Source: Paraphysomonas bandaiensis (taxonomy: Eukaryota; Protista; Chrysophyceae). Taken from it: 64,000 nt of DNA. Both the position numbers and the translations under genes were made by a program. The notes under the pieces are model-generated. The model did not search any database, was not told the DNA's origin, and saw only the letters and a program-made list of their open reading frames with translations. Position 1 is the first letter of the stretch. The number at the start of each line of letters is the position of its first letter. The stretch covers positions 35,381 to 99,380 of the forward strand of contig CBFFRP010000244.1 of assembly GCA_965644295.1 (NCBI GenBank). Direction: 5' to 3'. Of this stretch, positions 55,386 to 64,000 are shown piece by piece.

Positions 55386-58300
55386 CTACTCCTGAATAAT
55401 TTTGGGATAAGCCGCAGCGAGCGACGCATCAACCAAAATCATGCGAGCAGGGTCAAAATCCTTCTGGGACCCCCAACAATAGACCAAATAGTTGTCGAAC
55501 GCATAGTTGGCACCGTTAAGGTTAAATTGAGCGCTAATCTTACGTCTCGAATTCTTATGATACCAATGAGTATACGTAAATTCCATGACGTACTCAGCCG
55601 TGTCGAAATCAGGTAAACCAAGACTCTCATACCAAAGGTCACCGTAAAATCTGAGATCAACATAAACAGTATCTCCAACCGAAACTGTTGTGATATTCTC
55701 TTTCCTCATTGAAGAGATAAAACGCTTCGCCGTAAACGAGTCATACGCAAGATGCCGCAGGTAAGGCCTAGACTCACAGAAATCATAATACGCTTCACAC
55801 TGAATATCCGGTGTCCATGGAATGTCCAGGATATCGCCGTCTGCATACTTCACCTTGAAAACCATCGTAGATTTAGTACGTGAATCACCCGTATATGAAA
55901 GAATCTCCTCCACCTTAAATTGTTCATGGTCTCGCATCGCCGCCTCAATAGCCGATTCCTTATCTCCGAAAAATGGCTCAAGATCAGAGACAGAGTATTC
56001 CCGAATCCCCCCGGTAAGAAGATTTCGAATTTGAACATCATTCTTGTATTGCCGTACCACTTCGAAAGGACCCTTCATCCTCGAGGATAATTTCGGATGT
56101 GGTTTAGCACCAGCGTCGAACATAACAAAATCGCCTGGACAATACTGGTTTTGTTTGGCAGGATCCAAACCCGCTTCCGCTCGTTTCTCAACTAGAGACT
56201 TCTGGTAATCTGCTGATATCTGGCGAACTAGAGCTAAGTAATCGTTCAGCCTTTTCAACAGCTGATGAGACGGATCATTGTCTCTCCCCTGGGCGGCCAG
56301 AAGATTCTTATAAATGGAATCCTGGGACCCAAACGTCAGTTCGAATGCAGAATACCCCGTCTCACTACTCTCGTGGGTATTCAGAATGAACATGATAGTG
56401 GCAAGTAACAGTTCGTCCTCCAAAACAGCATCCGCCTCAATTCGCTTGTCAAAACAAATAGCACGGATGTGACGAACCACTTCCTTAATAATACGCTCAC
56501 ACCCATTGACATGCCTGTTGGCGATACTAAAAACATGACGGAGTCCTGACAACTTAACCAGCTCTGCGAAAAGCTCTGATTTGAGATCCGGACCCATATC
56601 TGATATAATCATATCCGTGAGCCCGTATGTACACCAGCACTTCCATACTGCTGTAGCCAAATTGATAGCCGTCATTCCTTTCACCGCATATAGGTACACC
56701 AATTTCGTAAACAAATTAACCATGACCACAATATGCGTGTAACCAGATTTAGAAACAGGTGTAATAGCAACCGCGTCAATTCCCAAAGCACTCCTGGAAT
56801 GAGGCGGTTTTAAATGTCTAGTGATAGGAATCAATCGCTGCTTCAGCTCTCGCCTATTCTTCTGACAGTTGATACATTCGTCCACGAAGTCTGCAACCAC
56901 CTTGAAAGGCACGCCGTGTCCCGGAAATTGCTTACACAGACGCTTCCACGTCTCTTTCGCACCCCAGTGTCCTACTTGCGCGTTGTGAACCTCCTTGATA
57001 GCCTGATGATAACCTATCCTCTGCTCCTCCGTAGGTGGCGCGATCTCCTGCACTTCGTCCTCAAAATCGTCTTTTTCAAAGATGTTATGCAGCGTCACGA
57101 AGTTCACTTCATCTGAGTCGAAATCGTCACTTTCGTCCACAAATCCGGACAAATACAGCAATCTTGACAAGCAATCCGCAACCACATTGTTCTTCCCTGG
57201 GATATGACGAATCAAAAAGTCAAAATCCTGCAAATAAATTCTCCATCGAATTATCTTCGCAACTTCTGATGCCTCCATCCACACAAGGTTGTTGTGGTCC
57301 GTCTCGATTGTAAATTTCTTTCCTCTCAGATAAACGAAAATTTCTTGACTGAATAGAATATACCAAAACCCTCCTTCTCAATAGTACACCACTTCAAGGC
57401 TTGCTCTGACAATTTCTTGGAACAGATAGCAATAGTTTGCTGTTGAATCGGACTAGACCCAGTTCCCTCAACAGTCTGGAAAAGAATGCCTGCCACTCCA
57501 TAGTCACTGGCATCTGTCCTAAGTGTCCACTCAAGATCATAATTCGGATAAAACAAAGCACAAGACTGTTGCAAACCACTCTTATAGTTTTCAAACTCCT
57601 GCCTATAATCGTGCTGCCATGTCGTTTCTTCCCAATTAAAACTACTCTTAGTCATATCCGTAAGATGTTTGACCAAATCTGAGTAATTCTGAACAAATGG
57701 AGCAAAGAATACTCCCAGACCCAACAAAGATCTAATCTTCTTACATCTATTTCCATTCTCTGGAAAAGGAATCTTCAATAAAGCCTCTTTCCTATCGTCC
57801 GTGAGCTCGAAACTATTGTGCCTTACCAAATAGCCAAAAAACTTGATCTCCCTAAATCCTAACCAGGTCTTTGCAAATTTCAACACAACTCCATGTTCAA
57901 TGCATCTATCCAGGAAAATCTCCAGCTTCTTATACGCATCATCAAAATCATGTGCCAATAACAGAACATTATCAAATATACACAGCGCCCATTCCAGATC
58001 TCCAAACAATTTGACTACCGCTTCTTGCAACACACTAATCCCTGGAGACACTCCCTCCGGAAGGAATAAAGGCTGAAATTGGCCCCACGGTGTTTGAACT
58101 GACAATTTTTCAGATGTGTTCTCATGCAACCTGATCTGATGGAACGCATTCGTGAGGTCAATGTCCATAAATATCTTATAGCCAATAATACGATCCAACT
58201 CATGTCTTACATTAGGAACTGTATAGTGTGGACTTGGAATGTACTTGTTGATTTGCACGTAATCCCCACAAATCCTAATAAAAGGTTTCGTGGCTTTTGG

Positions 58301-59323
58301 CGCGATCACCAAACAAGAAGCCCATGGCGACCTACTAGGAACATAGATGTAACCACACAGTCTCCTAAACTCCTTCTCCGCATCCTCATATAATCTAGGA
58401 TTTACGGGTCTTGCTTTCGGCTTGATCCTAGGAGGCAAATTCTCAGCGAACTTGATGTTCAACGGATCCACTCCTTTTATACCTTCCCACCGCTCTGGAA
58501 CAAATACCTCTACTCCCTTAGTCCTCAATAACTCCAGCACCGGTCGCGCTGCTGAGAACTCTGGAGACACGTGCTCACCAAACATATCCTCGAACTCGCT
58601 CAAAGCTTCCTCTCTAGTCTTTCCAAGAAAACTTGAGGCAAATCCGAACTGCGAAGGGTCCGGAACATCCAATTCTTCAGGTGCTACCTCCCTACTACTG
58701 TCACACCACGGCTGCAATAATTCTTCAACCGCATTCAACAACAAATCATCCTCGGTAATATCGTCCTCACGCCTTTTAATAAAACTTACTTCTGATTCAA
58801 TTCGTTCAATAGTCCTTCCTTTAAGCATAAATAGAAAATAATCCCATAAATCCTTAACGATAGCCGGAAGTCCAATAATAATATCGTTGCTACCCATATC
58901 AGCAACAATGAAATCCCCGTCATATAACACGAACTCTCCCTTGGAGTCTTCTCTCTCAAACCTCAATTTTAATTTCACTACAAAACTACACTTCATTCTC
59001 GACGTTTTATCGGCAAATCCTATAACTGTTTCTTTTTTTATGACTTTGTTTTCACACACATGATTTCTAAACGTCTCAAACAAATCCTTGGAAATGAAGT
59101 TAGATGTTAGGGCTCCAGTGTCGAACAATATTCCACGCACAGATATTATATAGTTATCATCACATACAATGCTTCCCCCAGAATGAGCCAATGTCAAGTC
59201 TTTTCGTTCTCGCGTATTACAGACATTCATCAAATTTCTGAGGAAAACTCGACTAACAGTCTCAGGATCATTCAAACCGTACAATATTTCTTCGTGATCC
59301 TGCGAACCATTAGCCTCGCACAT
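55386..59323 (-). CDS. Gypsy pol (PR-RT-RNase H-IN-chromodomain), with one frameshift near 57333
   Basis: PR ILFDTGA; RT RICGDY, DIDLTNAFHQI, CIFDNVL, FFGY; RH TDASD, EKEG, ETDH, VADCLSR; IN HHCC, GIDA, ISDMG, NGCE. Adding one T gives FSFYLRGKKFTIETDHNNLVW. Confidence 0.92.
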
Positions 59324-59326
59324 TTG

Positions 59327-60797
59327 TCAAGTCACTCCACCAGGCCTCGGCAAAATCTTTCGCGGCCCTTTGGAATCATCTGCCATCATCTGAGACAGCT
59401 TCTTCATCATCCATTTCCGGGTTTCCGTTGCAACTGCTCCATTATGACCCTGAACATGCTTACATTCCTTCCCTTTGTAGCAGTTCCCATACAACGCATA
59501 CGCAACGCAACCACGGGTTGGATTAACAGTCTTCTCCAGGTTCATCACCTGTTCTATAGCTTCCTTATCAGACTCTGGTTCGCCGAGCAACATCTCCTCA
59601 ACCTCATTCTCGAAATCATCATCTGACATCCCGTCATCCTTGACCACAACTATCGGGTCAACCTCCTTGTCATCTAAATCACTGTAGAAATCATCCTCAA
59701 CTCGGTCCGCAAACTGCACGTTGTTTAAAGATTTCGGTTTCTCCTTTGCAACGTATCCATTGTCCCGATTCCTCGAACTCCTTTGAATTTGCTTCTTACT
59801 GAAATCGGACCCTTCATAAGGCACCAATCTGATGTTCTTGGACGCCTCATAATGCTCACTCGCCTTGGAAACGTATGTATCCAGAAACTCTTCAACATTA
59901 CCATAATTAGTATCCGTCACCCTTGGAATCTCAGCCAGAACTCGTTTGTTGTAAGACTCGTCGATCAACTCCAAAAATACTTGAGCCGATCCAAACTCTT
60001 TTCCTCCAACCGGCGGACACTTAGTACTATTGGCCTCCATCATGATAGTAAACGTACGCATAAAAATACTCTTTCGCTTCAAAATCTCTTGAAAAAAACA
60101 GCTCATGTGTATTCGGCCGCACTGATTTCCAATCCAGTGGCTTAAAATATCTCAGCGCGTATCGCAAAGTCTCAATGAACTCAACTTTGGACAACACCTT
60201 GGTCTCCTTAGCCATCATCTCACAGAATTTCTGAGCACTCAACTTAACAAACATTTTATCCGTCAAGCTATTGTTGAACATAAGCAGGTTCCGAACACGC
60301 CTGCTAACTATCTGGGCTGGCTCAAGCTTAATCCCATTGATCTGTTCATATTCAAACCATTGGATGATAAACTTTGTAAAATCACTAAGCTCCATCGAAT
60401 CCAGAAAAATATGCTTATGGGATGGCTTTTCAACATTGATGATGACATGCTTTGGAACCTCCATTCCCTCTGAAGACTCAGCCTCCCTCATGAATACAGA
60501 TGTCCTTCGCTCTTTCTTCTTGCCTTTGTCGTCGGCAGCCCTGCCACTCTCTCTGGTATGTCCCTGCTGCTCTTCACGCTGGTCACGGATGGCCTCATCT
60601 ACTTCCTTCTGAGCTTCCTCCAGCTCATTAACTAAAACTTCTTCATTAATAGACATTCTGGACTCCAGATTATCTACCCTACTGGCAGTTGCTACACACA
60701 ACTTAGTGACGTTCTCCAAATTGAGAGCAATTCCCCGTAACATTTCCTTAACTTCATCTAACTCAGATGAACCAACAGGACCCTCCGAATCAGACAT
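59327..60797 (-). CDS. Gypsy gag (coiled coil, capsid-like region, CCCH finger), with one frameshift at the T7 run 60098-60092
   Basis: ORFs 60027-60797 and 59327-60106 join if one T is removed (HELFF|QEILKRK). Confidence 0.75.
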
Positions 60798-60865
60798 TTC
60801 GATATATATCTGTAATCTACAATAATGATATCTTCACTTACGTGTTTTACCGTTAGTAAATTTAC

Positions 60866-62059
60866 TATGAACAACTCAGGTCTTGCAACCTAAGATCACT
60901 GAAAAGATATGAAATGGTTGTTTATCGAAACAACAAAACAGAAAGCTATAATAATAACTCTTTAAGAAACCAACAGCCAGAAACACAAGCTCCCCTGTAT
61001 CCTGCAATCTAAAGCTCCCAATAGACAGATCAGTCAACCAACTATGTTAATTTCATAGAGAATTATTATTAAAAACTAAGTTACAAGCGAAACAAAAGAC
61101 AGACCCCTCTAGTCTAAAGACTCCTCCTCATACACAGGACATTGAATGCAACCACAACCGTACAATGTGCTCATACATGTACTACACTACATACGATTCT
61201 TATCCTACATCGTTTATAGTCAAAAACTCCCTGAAATACGCCTAAATAGGTCCTTTCCAAAAAACTCCGATTTTTGAGTCCAAAAACCCAAAAATCCCCA
61301 ATTTTTTGAGAATTGCAGAAAATCGCCGATTTTCGAGCCACAAACACCCAAAAATGACAATATTCGAATCCACAAAAATTGCAAGCACATTTCATGACAA
61401 CGTGAAATACACAATCGCCAACTCATGCATAATACCGACAAAATGCAATCGGGTTCAAAAGCTTACAATCGAACGGTTAAATATCATTTCCTTGCAAGAG
61501 TGTGTACTTTAGACTGGACCATACAAATACACTCATATTCAGATCACTAACATGCCCATGACACCTCTACATCTACGTCCAATGGCACCTTACGAATTCC
61601 TCCCCATTCCGGAGAAAATCAACGGTGTATGGCAATGGAGGAATATTCGTATATCAGAATCCAGAACAATGATCAAGCACATAGAGCTGTTCAAAACCAT
61701 CAGAAAGCTTCTCATAATGATGGGTGGACTACGAATATCGCACATGCGGTACCAATCAATGCTTCCTGACCCAAAACGCTATGACACCGACTACCGTATG
61801 GATATAGGCGTAAACCGACGGGTAGCAATCGCGTAGATCAAAGAAAACGTGTGTTCGAGGGTAAATCCTAGTTGTCTGTCGTCTTGCCCTCGTAATAATA
61901 ATCTGTATCTCTTGTTGTCACCAATCTTATACAAAACAAGCTACATATACCCTACATATTATGTTATCATATCGTTATTGCATTAATATAGTTATCAATA
62001 TTATTATGATGATGTCATTAAACGTGTTAAAGGGTGTTATAAAAGCCCACGGCTTTACA
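60866..62059 (-). repeat. Gypsy 5' LTR
   Basis: Same sequence as the 3' LTR. The four LTR-internal ORFs in the track are identical in both copies. Confidence 0.95.
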
Positions 62060-62063
62060 GGGG

Positions 62064-64000
62064 AACACAAAACAAGATTAGTGCTCTGCTTGCTCAGTTT
62101 GGATCATTCGAGATGAAGCCAGGGGAGACCGCGAAAGAGTATGTACTGCGTTTTGAGCTGCTTCTTCGTGAACTTCAGGCGCATAACCAAACGGTAACGG
62201 AAGAATCAAAAATTAGTAGGCTGAAGGAGGGAATTATCAGTGATGAATATGACGGTTTGAATTATGCCCTGTATTTAATGCCCGATGATGTACCATATGA
62301 ATTGCTATCCAAACGTATCGAACAGTTCGACGACACCAAGTATGGGAGGAAAATCATAGAGAAGAAGCGCAAGAGCACGGAGGAGCTGAATCATATTGAA
62401 AAGCCTCGAAAGAAAGAGAGAGTATCTACAAAGAGGAAGTGCACTTATTGCTCGAAGAAAGGTATAATACACAATCATAATACAGAACAATGTAGGAAGA
62501 AAAAGGGGGAAACGAAGGGACAAAGACCGGGCAGTAAGGAATATACAGGATGCAGAGTATGCAAATCCAAAAACCATCGCGCGAACGAATGTCCCCGAAA
62601 TTCGACTGGAAAGACCAAGAAACCCCAGAAATCTGGGAAGGTTTTCACATTCGAGAATATCCGCAGAGGAGGAACCGAGTCTGACTCGGAGTCCGAAGCG
62701 AATATGCTTTATGACTGTGCTGTTGATATATATGATAAAAGTGACACATGTTGTATGATTGGTACTGCTGAACACTATACATACATAGATACATGCTGTT
62801 CATCATCAATGTTCTTGATGAATGATGTGACCATGCTTGACACTCATATGAATACATCAAAGGTGATAAACGGATCTAAGAAGGGATCAGAGATTCATAT
62901 CACAAGTGTGGGTTCCCGTGGAGCATGGAGAGACATAGAAATTTCAGATCAGATCAATCGATGCCTGTGCTCCGGACGTAAGCTGAACGAAATGGGCTAT
63001 CGATTCACGGTGTGGTATGGGATCCAAATTTATGACTGTAATACCGGTGAGCTGGTACTGGAGGGACCCATGAAAAATGGAATGACTGCAGTTCCAACTC
63101 AGCAGCTGTTGGAGCTTCCAGATGTGTCTACACCGAGTAATTGTGAAGTAAATCTTAGCGATAGGACTGGTGAGGACGAGCTGGAACTGCTGCATAGGAG
63201 AATGGGCCATTTCAACAAAGGGGCTCTAACGGAGGCACATAGAAGGATGTTGTTCACGGGCTCAAATCTGCAGAGGAAGCACCTATCGAAGACTGCATTA
63301 AAAAAATCTTGTCTCTGTAGCATATGTGCCAGATCAAAGATTACGAGAGTTTCGTTTCACACAAAGGAGGATACGGATGTCAAGCCGGACATATCGGCTG
63401 ATGTGCAAGTATTTCTGAATACTCCCGCTCGAGGTGATGAGCGCTACGTGATCAAACTAACTCATCACCCGAGTAGGATGTTCTGGGTAAAAGGCGTAAA
63501 CCAGCGTACTAAAGAAGAAGTGATTCAGTTTTTTAGAGAGGTGTTCGAAGGAGAGATTAGGCAATATAAGCTGAGAGTGGACCACTACCACGCTGATGGA
63601 GCTGGAGAACTCATAAATCAAGAACTTAGGAGCTATTTGAGATCACAAGGCTGCTACAAACATACTTGGTCTTCAACAGATAGTCCGGAAATGAATGCAG
63701 TAGAGGAGCGAAAATTCAGGACTGCATCAGAGATGGCGTTGGCGATGTTGTTGCAGTCAGGCCTACCGGTTCCATTCTGGTTAGACGCGTATCATGCTGC
63801 TCGCTATACACTGATCAGACTCCCTACAAGGACGGACAGAGGATACATGTCCCCATATGAGTATGTCACGGGTCAGCCACCCAGTTTGAAATATTTTAGA
63901 GTATGGGGGTGCAAAACTTATATATTGACACCTAAGGCGGACAGGCGAAAGGACTGGGACGATAAATCAAAGATTGGATACCTAGTGGGATATTCGGAAG
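62064..64000 (+). CDS. Copia-2 gag (continued)-protease-integrase, open to the window end (absent from the ORF track)
   Basis: Hand translation: FEMKPGETAKEYVLRFE, zinc knuckle CRVCKSKNHRANEC, YIDTCCS (PR), HRRMGH..CSIC, ISADV, HADGAGE, EMNAVEERK, FRVWGCKTY. No stop codon. Confidence 0.92.

Larger units (their letters stand above)
54162..62059 (-). mobile_element. Ty3/gypsy-type chromodomain LTR retrotransposon, 7898 bp, with atypical motifs
   Basis: 1194-bp LTRs (54162-55355, 60866-62059; offset 6704, no differences seen), 4-bp TSD GGGG, PPT at 55374-55359. Order gag-PR-RT-RH-IN-CHD. Confidence 0.97.
53451..64000 (+). mobile_element. Ty1/copia element (Copia-2), interrupted by a gypsy insertion; 3' part runs off the window
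   Basis: 5' LTR 53451-53771 (matches the solo LTR at 792) and PBS TGGTAGCGA at 53772. The gag-PR-IN ORF is restored when 54162-62063 is removed. Confidence 0.93.

Noticed and set aside
57326-57345. Programmed -1 frameshift between RT/RH and IN
   Set aside because: It falls inside the RNase H domain at a short T run, and the nearby AAATTTT is not in the X XXY YYZ phase. Likely an error or mutation.
60092-60098. Programmed +1 frameshift in gypsy gag at the T7 run
   Set aside because: A single extra base in a homopolymer in mid-Gag is more simply a sequencing error or private indel. Other copies are needed to decide.

Overview
Eukaryotic nuclear DNA from a gene-dense genome with very short introns (mostly 44-60 nt). 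The organism has motile flagella (DNAI1, CFAP206) and is probably a stramenopile-like protist (inference). About 14 host genes can be reconstructed: a partial coiled-coil gene, a GT47 exostosin-type glycosyltransferase, an SLC35A transporter, an unknown coiled-coil protein, CFAP206, DEPDC5/IML1, an RNF141-like RING protein, a BART-domain protein, DNAI1, a coiled-coil/WW protein with 5 x 120-bp repeats, EMC5/MMGT1, a 24-intron TMC/OSCA-like channel, a SPATA4-like protein and a GT-A glycosyltransferase. Ten of them form five tight head-to-head pairs. Transposons sit downstream of gene 3' ends: a Copia with identical LTRs (4619-8800), solo LTRs, a hAT-type non-autonomous family, a small MITE and a LINE-like fragment. 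At the right end a young Ty3/gypsy-type element (54162-62059, minus strand) is nested in the gag of an otherwise open Copia. This gypsy element is the most unusual object in the window. It has an IFDN RT motif instead of YxDD, a CCCH-type rather than CCHC Gag finger, an in-frame UGA-CAA gag/pol junction, D(33)E integrase spacing, TG...TA LTRs with a 4-bp TSD, a 14-bp palindrome in place of a tRNA PBS, a chromodomain followed by an unrecognised domain, and an antisense ORF inside the LTR. All calls come from reading by eye; no database searches were run.
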